Assembly: GCA_963676415.1 (NCBI GenBank)
Contig: OY781097.1
Location: 1,660,555 to 1,724,554, forward strand
DNA: 64,000 nt
Direction: 5' to 3'
From: Bacteroidales bacterium
GTDB taxonomy: Bacteria > Bacteroidota > Bacteroidia > Bacteroidales > WRLA01
Below are positions 1-8,936 of the stretch, piece by piece. The notes beneath the pieces were generated by a model. That model saw only the letters and a list, made by a program, of their open reading frames with translations, was not told where the DNA came from and ran no database searches. A program made the position numbers and the translations under genes. Within the stretch, counting starts at the first letter, position 1, and the number at the start of each line of letters is the position of its first letter.

Positions 1-848
1 TCATAAGTGTTTCCATCAATATCCGTAAGGCCATTGCCAGCAGTAATCTCATGGGCTACGATATAGCTATCAATTGTATTGGTATGCGTAATTATATCAT
101 TGGATGCAGTTAGGCTTATATTGTACGAACCCGCTTCTGAAAATTTGTGGCCCGGATTTTTTTCTGTACTCGAATTTCCATCATCAAAATTCCATTGCCA
201 GGAATGGGCATTCATATTTGATGTGTCCCTGAAATATATGCTGTCGTTGATGGCGACAGAGCGCGAGCCGATCCAGAAATCAACGAAATCCATTCCATTT
301 AAGCTCATAATATCCATAATAGCCGAAATATATTTTTGTGTCACCGCATCGGAGCTGTCGGTTGGGTTGGCCAGATTCGTGATTTTTCGGTTTTGCATAT
401 CGCCCGAAAATGATTTGGCGTACAAAGCATAAGGCACACTCAACAGCTGAAATGTTCCGGAAATACTGTAATTCGTGCCGTTGTCGGGATCTGTTTCAAC
501 TTTTATATAGTAAGATGATGATCCCCAGTTTATTGTGTCGAACAGTGTTCCATCTATTGCTGTTCCATTTCCAATTTCTATACTGGCAAGTCCGTTGGCA
601 TCTGTGCTTGTGGCATGGGTTTCCTTATAGGATACATTTCCACTTGCCGATGAGCGCAAAATGCTGATTTGCATGGCTATATTGCTTTCCTGAATCAACA
701 TGCCATGTGCGTTGCGGATTACTGCCTGGTAATTTAAATATTCAGGACTTTGTGCAATAGCATTATACAGCGGAATAATAATCAATGCCATAAGGAGCAT
801 TGATTTTCGGCATCGGGCAAATCGTATAAAATAAAGTTTCGTAAGCAT
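1..848 (-). CDS. Secreted PKD-domain protein, N-terminal 282 codons only (gene continues past the left edge)
   Basis: Absent from the ORF track because no stop lies inside the window. The reverse complement from the ATG at 848-846 reads MLTKLYFIRFARCRKSMLLMALIIIPLYNAIAQ (signal peptide), then WQWNFDDGNSSTEKNPGHKFSEAGSYNISLTASN (PKD-type repeat), then GLTDIDGNTY. The frame stays open to base 1. Confidence 0.7.
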   Translation of the reverse strand, partial: MLTKLYFIRFARCRKSMLLMALIIIPLYNAIAQSPEYLNYQAVIRNAHGMLIQESNIAMQISILRSSASGNVSYKETHATSTDANGLASIEIGNGTAIDGTLFDTINWGSSSYYIKVETDPDNGTNYSISGTFQLLSVPYALYAKSFSGDMQNRKITNLANPTDSSDAVTQKYISAIMDIMSLNGMDFVDFWIGSRSVAINDSIYFRDTSNMNAHSWQWNFDDGNSSTEKNPGHKFSEAGSYNISLTASNDIITHTNTIDSYIVAHEITAGNGLTDIDGNTY

Positions 849-860
849 AATTTATTGATT

Positions 861-1622
861 TTAAATAGGTTGGTTGTTCATTTTTTGTAAAGCTTTTTCT
901 TTGAAAACTTTAGTGCTCTTTAGAATGCCAATAAGCGGAAGGTCAATGATATCCTGACCCGCCGTCCTTATTGTTCGCCGACTGATTTTACCGTGCCTTA
1001 CTACTTCTTTACCGGCACAGATCAAAGCGTTGTAGCTTTCCGAGATTTTTGGAAACTGCCTTTCCGCTTCAAGGTTTTTGCCGTATCCGGTCATTCTTCC
1101 CATACTTCTTACAATGACTCCCAGTTGTGGTGCATCCATAAAGCGCGACCAGCTTTTAAAAAACTGCCGGGCGTTTTTGCTCATTTCCTTTTCAAAATTA
1201 TCGTGGCTGATGATGGCCAGGAAAGGCTTGGAACATATTTCTTTGTCTATGCTGTGAAAAAATAAACCGGATGGGCTGATAATGTGCGCCTTTGGATTTC
1301 CCAGAGCATAGAAGCGTTCAAGAAATTTTTTTAAAAGGCTGGATATAGTAAATAGATATATTGGACTTGCATAAACTATAATATCTGCTTTTCTTATTTC
1401 TTCAAAAATGAAAGCTGTATCATCCTGTGAGCTGTGAATACAGATATTGTTTGTTTTTTCACAAAACCCGCAGCCTTTGCAGGAATGGATATGATATTCG
1501 GAAAGGAATATTTCGTTGCAATCAGCCCCGGCATCTATGGCTCCCTGAAAGAAACTTTCCACCAGGAAATGTGTATAAGATTTTTGACCTCTATGGCTGC
1601 CGTTGATTGCAATAATTTTCAT
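861..1622 (-). CDS. Iron-sulfur-flavoprotein-like FMN reductase / flavodoxin-fold protein
   Basis: 253 aa. The MKIIAINGSHR N-terminus is typical of flavodoxin-fold FMN reductases. The compact Cys motif CKGCGFCEKTNNIC (Cx2Cx2Cx6C) matches Isf-type proteins. Confidence 0.75.
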   Translation of the reverse strand: MKIIAINGSHRGQKSYTHFLVESFFQGAIDAGADCNEIFLSEYHIHSCKGCGFCEKTNNICIHSSQDDTAFIFEEIRKADIIVYASPIYLFTISSLLKKFLERFYALGNPKAHIISPSGLFFHSIDKEICSKPFLAIISHDNFEKEMSKNARQFFKSWSRFMDAPQLGVIVRSMGRMTGYGKNLEAERQFPKISESYNALICAGKEVVRHGKISRRTIRTAGQDIIDLPLIGILKSTKVFKEKALQKMNNQPI

Positions 1623-1786
1623 GTTTTTGGCTTTTTAAAACAAAAAATTGATAGCCAAAACTATGGAAGCTTATCTTATAAATACCTGTAAAATAAATAC
1701 TTTGTTACGAATGGGATGAGTTGTGTTGCGAAAAGGGCTGAACTGTGATGAATGGGACTGTTCTTGGACGAACAGGCAGTATGTTT

Positions 1787-2698
1787 TCAATCGGTTAAAG
1801 ATTTTAAGCGCTCATTGAAGTCCTGAAAACGATTCCTTGAAACGGGAACAGCATCTTGAAAGCCTTCAAAATACAGTTGATAATTTCGTGCATTGCCACT
1901 TGTTCTTTTAATTTTTTTCAGGTTAACTATGTAGGAACGGTGCGTTCTCATAATATCAGTATAAGGAGCAAGGGCTTTTTCAACTTCCTGCAAAGCTGCA
2001 CGGTAGAGTTTCGTTTCTGTCCCGGAAATTTTTTGAGTAAAAACTTCAAGGTAATTGCCTTCTGATTTAATGAAGAGCAAATCCGCAGTATTGAATTTAA
2101 TCAGCTCATTTTTTATCTGAGTGGGAATGGTTGCCGTTCCCGCATTTTTTATTTTTTCGTTTTTATCCGCAATCTGCTTGAGCTGTTGGTTCTGCTCTTT
2201 AATTTTTTTCAGGTTGTTGCGTAGTATGACGGTATAGTTGATCCAAACAACAACCAATGAAAAAAAGCTTCCAGTGGAAAAAGCATAGATGGCAATTTTT
2301 ATAATAAATGAAGATTGCAAGAAAGACGGTTCTTCTTTTGAAATAAGAAAAAAGAACAAATAAACGCTGATAACTATACTGAAAATCAGACCTAAAACCA
2401 ACAAAACTTCTTTTAGTATATTCCAGTTCTCTTTGAACTTTTCACTAAAAAGCTTTGGCAGGACTTCAAATATCAATAAAATGCAGAAAAAAGGTATCAA
2501 ACTGAAAAACAGTGCTGTAATTTCTTTGGATGTTTTGAGGTATTCACCAACAAAAGCATTATCCAGACGGTAATAATTAATAAAACCTGCGCAAATTCCA
2601 AAACCAATTGCCATTAAAAGGTTCTTCCAAAAGGAAAACAGAAAAGGATATGGCTTAAAAAGCAGATTGTTCATTAGTGGCCAAATATATTTTTTCAA
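1787..2698 (-). CDS. Membrane-fused LytTR DNA-binding protein (no receiver domain)
   Basis: 303 aa. The N-terminal ~170 aa are hydrophobic with 4-5 predicted TM helices. The C-terminus carries LytTR signatures: LLFIKSEGNYLEVFT ... HRSYIVNLKKI. Confidence 0.8.
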   Translation of the reverse strand: MKKYIWPLMNNLLFKPYPFLFSFWKNLLMAIGFGICAGFINYYRLDNAFVGEYLKTSKEITALFFSLIPFFCILLIFEVLPKLFSEKFKENWNILKEVLLVLGLIFSIVISVYLFFFLISKEEPSFLQSSFIIKIAIYAFSTGSFFSLVVVWINYTVILRNNLKKIKEQNQQLKQIADKNEKIKNAGTATIPTQIKNELIKFNTADLLFIKSEGNYLEVFTQKISGTETKLYRAALQEVEKALAPYTDIMRTHRSYIVNLKKIKRTSGNARNYQLYFEGFQDAVPVSRNRFQDFNERLKSLTD

Positions 2699-2946
2699 TC
2701 AACAAATATATATTTTAATACTGAAAAATGAATTTTTTGCAGAAATCAGATTCGTTTGGAGACTATTTTTACAAGGAATCGTGGCATAAATAAAAGATTG
2801 GATCAGTTTCTGAAATTTCGCTTGAAATATACTGTCCAATTGCGTACGGTTTCAGTAAATTAACTTTTTTTAAGCCCATACCCATACCATCAGGCACATA
2901 ATTTTGTTACTTTTGATACGAATACCAATGAAACGAAACATTTTTT

Positions 2947-5076
2947 ATGAAAAAGAGTTTTTTATATATCCTGCTCGTCGCCTTTCTGGGACTGAATACC
3001 GGCTGTCAGGCGCAATCTGCCAGAGAAATCAAACGAAATGCCTACCTGGTTAATCTCGTTAATAAAGCTTTACAACAAGGCCATTATAATCCTTTGGAAT
3101 TGAATGATGATTTTTCGCAAAAGGCTTATTCCAATTACCTGAACCAAAACGATCCGTTTAAGCGGTTCTTAACGCAGGAAGATCTGGATACACTCAGTTT
3201 TTATCAAAACCGTTTTGATGATGAACTTCAGGCCACTTCTTTCGGGCTCTTCAACCTTGGAGTGAAACTATTGAATAAACGTCAGGAGCAAACGGAAGGG
3301 TTTTACGAAGAAATTCTTGATGAACCTTTCGATTATGAGAAAAAAGAATATCTGGAATTTGATCCCGACAAACGCGAATGGGTTCAAAACGATAAGGAAT
3401 TGCGCGACCTCTGGCGCCGGATGCTGAAATACGAAACCCTTAACCGCTTGAGCAGCAAATTGGAAGAACAGGAGAAAGCGCTTGCCAAACAGGATACGGC
3501 CTGGGAAGAAAAATCCTTTGACGAAATGGAAGCCGATGCCCGTGAATCCGTGCGCAAACGATACAAAGATTATTTCAAATATCTGAGTCAGATGGAAAAT
3601 GAAGACCATATTTCCGATTATATCAATGCTTTTGTTTTGGTTTATGATCCGCATACCGCTTATTTTCCACCCAAACGCAAGGAAGATTTTGATATCAATT
3701 TCAGTGGCCAGCTCGAAGGAATCGGTGCCACACTGACCAGCCGAGATGGTTATGTTACTGTAAACAACATCGTACCCGGAAGCCCTTCATGGAAACAGGG
3801 CGAACTGGAAGTCAATGATAAAATCCTGAAAGTTGGCCAGGGCGATGAGGAAGAAGCAGTAGATATTGTGGATATGCGCCTCGATAAAGCCGTGCAGCTC
3901 ATCCGTGGGAAAAAAGGCACGAAAGTGCGACTCACGGTGAAAAAAGTGGATGGAAGCACCAAAGAAATCCCGATTGTGCGCGATGTGGTGGTTATTGAGG
4001 AGACCTATGCCAAATCAACTGTAATTGAAGATGAAGAAACCGGCGAACGTATCGGCTATATTTATTTGCCCAGCTTTTATAATAATTTCAATGATACCGG
4101 AATCCGCCGCACTGCCGCAGGCGATATGCGCAAAGAAATTGAGAAGCTGAAAAAAGAAAATGTGAGCGGCATTGTGCTGGATCTCCGCAATGATGGCGGT
4201 GGTTCTTTACAGGATGCTGTGGAAATTGCAGGGATGTTTATCGAAGATGGCCCCGTAGTTCAGGTTAAAAGTACTACAGGCGATGTGCGCGTGCTGCGCG
4301 ATTACAATAAAAACATCAACTGGGACAAACCCATGGTGATTATGGTAAACCACGGTAGCGCATCGGCTTCAGAAATTCTGGCCGCAGCCATGCAGGACTA
4401 TAAACGTGCCGTGATTATGGGCAGCAAAAGTACTTTTGGCAAAGGAACCGTGCAGCGCTTTTTTGATCTCGATGGGTTTGTGCGCGGACAGGACGATATC
4501 AAACCACTGGGTGCAATCAAGGTAACCGTGCAGAAATTTTACCGTATCAACGGAGGAGCCACACAGTTAGAAGGCGTTACACCCGATATTATTGTGCCCG
4601 ATTTGTACAGCTATATGGATATCGGTGAAAAAGACCTGGATTATCCACTGCCCTGGACAGAAATAAAAAAATCGAGCTATGATATGCTGGCTGATAATGA
4701 AGCTGCTTTTGAAAAAAGTGTTGCCCATAGCATGGACAGGATAAAAGAGGATTCGGTTTTGATGCTTATTGACGAAAATGCCAAAAGGCTGAAAGAACAG
4801 CGCGATAAAACTAAATATCCACTGGCTCTGGACGAGTTTGAACTGCGCCAGGATTCGCTCGATAAACTCAGCGAAAAATACAAAGATATGGGTAAAGACA
4901 GCCTGGATATTAAGATTTTCACGCTTACAGACGATCTGGCTGAAATTGAAGCCGATTCCACAAAGCAGGAAAGTACCGAACGATGGCACAAACGCCTGAT
5001 GACCGATAATTATCTTTATGAAGCCATTAAGGTGATTCAGGATTTGAATGGCAATTCGGGTAATGCCGGAAAATAA
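2947..5076 (+). CDS. ctp: Carboxy-terminal processing (tail-specific) peptidase, family S41
   Basis: 709 aa with a lipoprotein-like signal (LNTGCQ). It has a PDZ-like region (GIGATL...VNNIVPGSPSWKQGEL) and an S41 core (LDLRNDGGGSL ... NHGSASASEILAAAMQDY ... GKGTVQ). Confidence 0.9.
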   Translation: MKKSFLYILLVAFLGLNTGCQAQSAREIKRNAYLVNLVNKALQQGHYNPLELNDDFSQKAYSNYLNQNDPFKRFLTQEDLDTLSFYQNRFDDELQATSFGLFNLGVKLLNKRQEQTEGFYEEILDEPFDYEKKEYLEFDPDKREWVQNDKELRDLWRRMLKYETLNRLSSKLEEQEKALAKQDTAWEEKSFDEMEADARESVRKRYKDYFKYLSQMENEDHISDYINAFVLVYDPHTAYFPPKRKEDFDINFSGQLEGIGATLTSRDGYVTVNNIVPGSPSWKQGELEVNDKILKVGQGDEEEAVDIVDMRLDKAVQLIRGKKGTKVRLTVKKVDGSTKEIPIVRDVVVIEETYAKSTVIEDEETGERIGYIYLPSFYNNFNDTGIRRTAAGDMRKEIEKLKKENVSGIVLDLRNDGGGSLQDAVEIAGMFIEDGPVVQVKSTTGDVRVLRDYNKNINWDKPMVIMVNHGSASASEILAAAMQDYKRAVIMGSKSTFGKGTVQRFFDLDGFVRGQDDIKPLGAIKVTVQKFYRINGGATQLEGVTPDIIVPDLYSYMDIGEKDLDYPLPWTEIKKSSYDMLADNEAAFEKSVAHSMDRIKEDSVLMLIDENAKRLKEQRDKTKYPLALDEFELRQDSLDKLSEKYKDMGKDSLDIKIFTLTDDLAEIEADSTKQESTERWHKRLMTDNYLYEAIKVIQDLNGNSGNAGK

Positions 5077-5215
5077 AAAATGCAAAAGAATACAATACGG
5101 TTCCGCTTTAACTTTCGTTCCGGCGGAATTGTTTTTTTACATATATTTAGGCCGGATATACAACCCTAAGACAACTTTATGAATCTTAGGGGTTAGTATA
5201 TTGAAACCCATTACC

Positions 5216-6631
5216 ATGCAGCTGAAAAACCATATTGTTCTTTTATTTTTTGTCCTGATATTTTTTTCAGTAAAAGTCAGGGCTCAATCTCTTACCATGG
5301 ATATATCACCAACACCAGAGGAAATGGTAGCTTTTATTTGTGGTAATGGAGTGGATTATTTCAATGTTACCTATAATGGAGCTGATATAGCGAGTGGTCT
5401 TTTCGGTAACGGCACTCCATGTGGCTTGGGTATTGAATCAGGTGTTATCTTAACAAGTGGAAAAGCAGAAATAGCAATTGGAGCCGATCCCAATAATCCT
5501 GGCACAAATGCAAGTAATGGATCCGGCTATTCCAATAATTTAGGAGGCGATCCCGATCTAAACAATGTTTATGGCGGTAATACAAGAGATGCCTGTGTAT
5601 TGGAGTTTGATTTTATTCCGCAATCGGATACAATTCAATTAAACTTTGCCTTTGGATCAGATGAGTATCCTGAATATATTTATCGGTTCAATGATATATT
5701 CGCTTTTTTTGTAACAGGGCCAAATCCAAACGGAGGTAATTATGATAAGGTTAATATTGCAAAAATTCCCGGAACAAATTCTCCGGTTTCCATTGATAGT
5801 GTAAACAGGGGTTGTACCCCTATAGATGATATGCAATGCGACCCTCCGAGACCCTCAAGCCATCCTATATATTTTAAAAAGAACTATTATAACAATCCTT
5901 CATTCCCATTTGAATATGACGGAATTACATTTCCAATTACGGCATATATTCAAGTTGTTCCCTGTGCAACCTATCATATTAAATTTGCTGTTGCTGATGA
6001 AATGGATCATTCTTTTGATACCGGTGTTTTTCTCGAAGCCAATAGCTTCTCCAGCCCGGTCGTAAATATTGACCCGCAGTATAGCACACCGCTGGATAGT
6101 GCTTTTGCCGTAGAAGGATGTACGCAGGCAAATGTTGTATTTGAAATACCTGAGATATCTCCGGATACTACCTGGATCTACCTTGATGCCATTTATGGAA
6201 CAGCAACCAATGGCGTTGATTTTCCATATGTTAGTGATACGGTTTTCATCCCACCGGGAGAAACTTCTGATACTATTTACATCCAGCCATTTTATGATCC
6301 ACCTTACGAAGGCATTGAGACTTTTGTTTTCGAATACGATAACGACCCCTGCCAGATGAATGCCGAGGTTTATACAATTAAAATTGCCGATTTTCAGGAA
6401 GTGGACCTCCCGGATGATACCACAGCCTGTGATGGTGTACCGATTATTCTGGATTCGGGTATGGACTATATGGGGTTTTTATGGAATACCGGTGCTACAA
6501 CACGGACCATTACAGCTGTAAATCCCGGACTGTATTATGTAACTGTGAACAACTACGGATGCCCCGACAGCGATTCGGTCTATGTGCAACATTTCCCTAA
6601 ACCTCCACCTACTTCCATTTACCACGATTGA
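5216..6631 (+). CDS. Choice-of-anchor-L domain secreted protein, apparently lacking a C-terminal sorting domain
   Basis: The ATG at 5216 gives MQLKNHIVLLFFVLIFFSVKVRAQS (signal peptide); the track's TTG at 5201 is less likely. Motifs seen are GVILTSG, DPDLN, ACVLEFDFIPQSDTIQLNFAFGSDEYPEYIYRFNDIFAFFVTG and NIAKIPGT..PVSIDSVN. The protein ends abruptly at ...FPKPPPTSIYHD with no T9SS CTD. Confidence 0.7.
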   Translation: MQLKNHIVLLFFVLIFFSVKVRAQSLTMDISPTPEEMVAFICGNGVDYFNVTYNGADIASGLFGNGTPCGLGIESGVILTSGKAEIAIGADPNNPGTNASNGSGYSNNLGGDPDLNNVYGGNTRDACVLEFDFIPQSDTIQLNFAFGSDEYPEYIYRFNDIFAFFVTGPNPNGGNYDKVNIAKIPGTNSPVSIDSVNRGCTPIDDMQCDPPRPSSHPIYFKKNYYNNPSFPFEYDGITFPITAYIQVVPCATYHIKFAVADEMDHSFDTGVFLEANSFSSPVVNIDPQYSTPLDSAFAVEGCTQANVVFEIPEISPDTTWIYLDAIYGTATNGVDFPYVSDTVFIPPGETSDTIYIQPFYDPPYEGIETFVFEYDNDPCQMNAEVYTIKIADFQEVDLPDDTTACDGVPIILDSGMDYMGFLWNTGATTRTITAVNPGLYYVTVNNYGCPDSDSVYVQHFPKPPPTSIYHD

Positions 6632-7000
6632 TTTTTATTCCGGTCATTTTTTGGTTCTAACCTGAATAATTCACAAAATATTCTATTGCGAGCACAAACC
6701 GCTGCAATAGAAAGGAATGCTATCTTTTTGGTGCTCAAAATAGCTACGGCTTCCTGTGCGCCAAAAATCTGCGCTCCCTTTCTCTTATTGCATTTAGTGC
6801 TTGGCCACTGAGCTTGTCGAATGTGCTCATGACGAAATTTCATGAATTAGTCAGGCTAAAAATTCGCAGGAACAAATGGGACAAATTTTTGTACTATTGT
6901 ATTGCGTTTTTATAGCCTAAGGACTATTGTAATCGTAAAAAGATCTCTTTCGCAGGATAAGTGATAAAATTTAAAAATTAACAAATAAAACAAAAGAATC

Positions 7001-7654
7001 ATGAAAAAATTTGCAGTAGTATTAAGCGGTTGCGGTGTTTTTGACGGAGCCGAAATTCACGAAGCTACATTGAGTATGTATGCCATTGCCAAAGCGGGCA
7101 GTTCTTATGATATTTTTGCCCCTGACATCAATCAGCACCATGTAATCAATCACCTAAACGGTGAAGAAATGCAGGAAAAGCGCAACGTATTGGTAGAATC
7201 GGCGCGTATCGCACGTGGTGCAATAAAAAACCTGAAGGAGTTGAATTCAGAAGATTATGATGTGCTCTTTTTCCCGGGTGGTTTTGGTGTGGCAAAAAAC
7301 CTTTGTACCATTGCTTTCGATGGTCCGGATGCAGCCGTTAACGGAGATGTGGCCGAAGCGGTGCAGTCATTTTACGAAGCAGATAAGCCTATTGCAGCCC
7401 TCTGTATTGCGCCTGCGATGATCGCACGTATCCTCCCGGGCGTTACTGTAACAATTGGCCAGGACGAAGGAACCATAACTGCTATTGAAGCAATGGGAGG
7501 GAAACACATCAACACAGATCATGAGCAGGTTATTGTGGACAAAGAGCACAAAATTTACACTACGCCCTGTTATATGCTCGATGCCAATATCCTGCAAATC
7601 GGAAAAGGTGCTGAGAATATTGTAGCAAAAGTATTGGAAGACCTGAGGGATTAA
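7001..7654 (+). CDS. elbB: Isoprenoid biosynthesis glyoxalase ElbB (DJ-1/PfpI superfamily)
   Basis: 217 aa. The N-terminus MKKFAVVLSGCGVFDGAEIHEATL and the PIAALCIAP nucleophile-elbow Cys are typical of ElbB. Confidence 0.85.
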   Translation: MKKFAVVLSGCGVFDGAEIHEATLSMYAIAKAGSSYDIFAPDINQHHVINHLNGEEMQEKRNVLVESARIARGAIKNLKELNSEDYDVLFFPGGFGVAKNLCTIAFDGPDAAVNGDVAEAVQSFYEADKPIAALCIAPAMIARILPGVTVTIGQDEGTITAIEAMGGKHINTDHEQVIVDKEHKIYTTPCYMLDANILQIGKGAENIVAKVLEDLRD

Positions 7655-7669
7655 AATGCTAATTTGATA

Positions 7670-7729
7670 AATGAAAGATCACCCGGGCGCCTGTCCGGGT
7701 TTTTTGTGCCATTATATCTCGTGGCCTAG
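7670..7729. repeat. Direct repeat copy A: relic of the rnc 3' end plus terminator
   Basis: 51 of 60 nt are identical to 8164-8223. On the minus strand it still reads ...ENRLGHEI-stop, against EKKLGHEI-stop in the live rnc. Confidence 0.85.
7671..7696. terminator. Intrinsic terminator after elbB (part of repeat copy A)
   Basis: Stem acccgg/ccgggt (7671-7676 with 7685-7690), 8-nt loop, then a T-run through 7695. Confidence 0.7.
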
Positions 7730-7887
7730 TCTATTTTCTGTTTCCCGGGTTATAACCAAAAATTTAATTATCTAAATATTAATATCTTATAAAGCTTTTT
7801 ACTTTAGATTTGGGTGTCTTGCTTTCATTTTAATAGATATTTGTTTTCAAAACAAGAATCATCCTCGTTTAGACAGCGGGGCGGCCT

Positions 7888-8029
7888 GTCAAAACAGCGG
7901 GCCGGATGAGGGTGAATTCCCGATGCTTAGAATTCCATCAAAGGGGCTAAACCTTTGCCGAGGCACGAGGCACTACTTTGATTGGAAATTCTTGGTATCG
8001 GGAAGAGCGGGGGGAAGCATTGTTTTGAC
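7888..8029. ncRNA. Candidate structured RNA or long imperfect hairpin, unclassified
   Basis: Closing stem gtcaaaaca/tgttttgac (7888-7896 with 8021-8029). A G-rich internal loop of 20 nt opposite 16 nt follows. The upper helix of about 27 bp includes ttcccgat/atcgggaa (7917-7924 with 7997-8004) and atcaaag/ctttgat (7937-7943 with 7976-7982), capped by a 32-nt apical region. Next come a 10-bp hairpin at 8042-8067 and the plus-oriented terminator at 8165-8190. Confidence 0.35.
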
Positions 8030-8163
8030 TTGGCTTTTTGTTTCCTTTTGTGCCAAGACAAAAGGAATAAAAATTACGGGCGAAGGTATATTATTTTGAT
8101 TATCGCACTTTTATGCTTGCACCCAGTTTTAAAAATGGGTGTCTTATCCGGAAAACAGGAGGC

Positions 8164-8223
8164 CACTTGGGCGCTTGTCCGGGTTTTTTGTGCTATTATA
8201 TTTCGTGGCCGAGCTTCTTTTCT
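8164..8223. repeat. Direct repeat copy B: live rnc 3' end plus hairpin and T-run
   Basis: See copy A. On the plus strand the hairpin acttgg/ccgggt contains two G-U pairs. These become C-A mismatches on the rnc (minus) strand. Confidence 0.85.
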
Positions 8224-8933
8224 AGCTTGTTACAAGCTTTTTCGGCAGCAATTTTTTCTGCCCCCTTAATGGAATAATCCTGTGCTTTGGCAAGGGGTTC
8301 ACTATTCACCAGGATCTCCACCTGATATTGTTTTTTATGTCCCTGTCCAATTTCCTGAATCAGTTTAAATTCCACCTCCTGTTTTTCTTTTTGTGACCAT
8401 TCAATCAGCTTGCTTTTAAAATTGAGCTGCTGATTTTCGAGGCGGTCGATGTCGTAATGCACTTTTACCACACGGTTCAGGAGGATTTTTTTGGTGGGCA
8501 TATAGCCCTTATCAAGGTAAAGTGCTCCTACAAAAGCCTCAAAAGCATCGCCCATAGCCGATTTGGATTTATGGTAGATATCCGAATTGGATTCAATGAG
8601 TTTGTCCAAACCAAGTTTTATGCTGAGTTTGTTGAGTTGCTCACGGCTCACAATTTTTGAGCGCATTTCCGTAAGGAAACCTTCGTCTTTGAGGGGAAAT
8701 TTTTTAAAGAGATAATCTGCAATAATGGAACCTAAAACGGCATCACCGAGATATTCCAGGCGTTCGTTGCTTACTTTAACGCCTTTAGTGATTTCCTGGG
8801 CAGCAGAGCGGTGCCTGAACGCCAGTTTATACAAAAAAATATTTCCGGGATAAAACCCGAAAATATTTTTTATTGAGTGATAAAGTTCTTTATCAGGAGA
8901 TAACGATGCTTTAATCAGACGAACGCCAACCAA
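8196..8933 (-). CDS. rnc: Ribonuclease III
   Basis: 245 aa with the RNase III signature NERLEYLGDAVLG and a C-terminal dsRBD. There is no nearby ATG, so the apparent start is a TTG 3 nt after the fabF stop. Confidence 0.9.
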   Translation of the reverse strand: MVGVRLIKASLSPDKELYHSIKNIFGFYPGNIFLYKLAFRHRSAAQEITKGVKVSNERLEYLGDAVLGSIIADYLFKKFPLKDEGFLTEMRSKIVSREQLNKLSIKLGLDKLIESNSDIYHKSKSAMGDAFEAFVGALYLDKGYMPTKKILLNRVVKVHYDIDRLENQQLNFKSKLIEWSQKEKQEVEFKLIQEIGQGHKKQYQVEILVNSEPLAKAQDYSIKGAEKIAAEKACNKLEKKLGHEI

Positions 8934-8936
8934 GGT

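Noticed and set aside
6619-6843. 74-aa minus-strand ORF (MKFRHEHIRQAQWPSTKCNKRKG...), considered as a relic of an IS1595-type zinc-ribbon transposase N-terminus
   Set aside because: The resemblance (W-P...C.K..G) is too thin, and the second Cys pair is absent. It overlaps the end of the upstream gene. I mention it only as context for the possible truncation at 6631.
6893-6931. 9-mer direct repeat ACTATTGTA, 30 bp apart, upstream of elbB
   Set aside because: The chance of some 9-mer repeating within a 370-bp AT-rich gap is about 0.2-0.3, so it is not significant alone.
7800-8190. Could the roughly 380-nt terminator-bounded non-coding stretch be RNase P RNA, tmRNA, SRP RNA or 6S RNA?
   Set aside because: It has no GGAAAGUCC (CR-I) and no ACAGAA.CCGGCUUA-type CR-V motif of RNase P. 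It lacks the tRNA-like GGTTCGA...CCA 3' end of tmRNA and the GGAA/AGCAG SRP domain IV motif. The 6S-like outline (closing stem, big internal loop, apical helix) is suggestive, but the closing stem is only 9 bp. I therefore left it unclassified.
7982-8269. 95-aa plus-strand ORF in the track
   Set aside because: It spans the hairpin-rich insert, the terminator and the antisense of the rnc 3' end. It is low-complexity with no recognisable motif, so it is almost certainly not coding.
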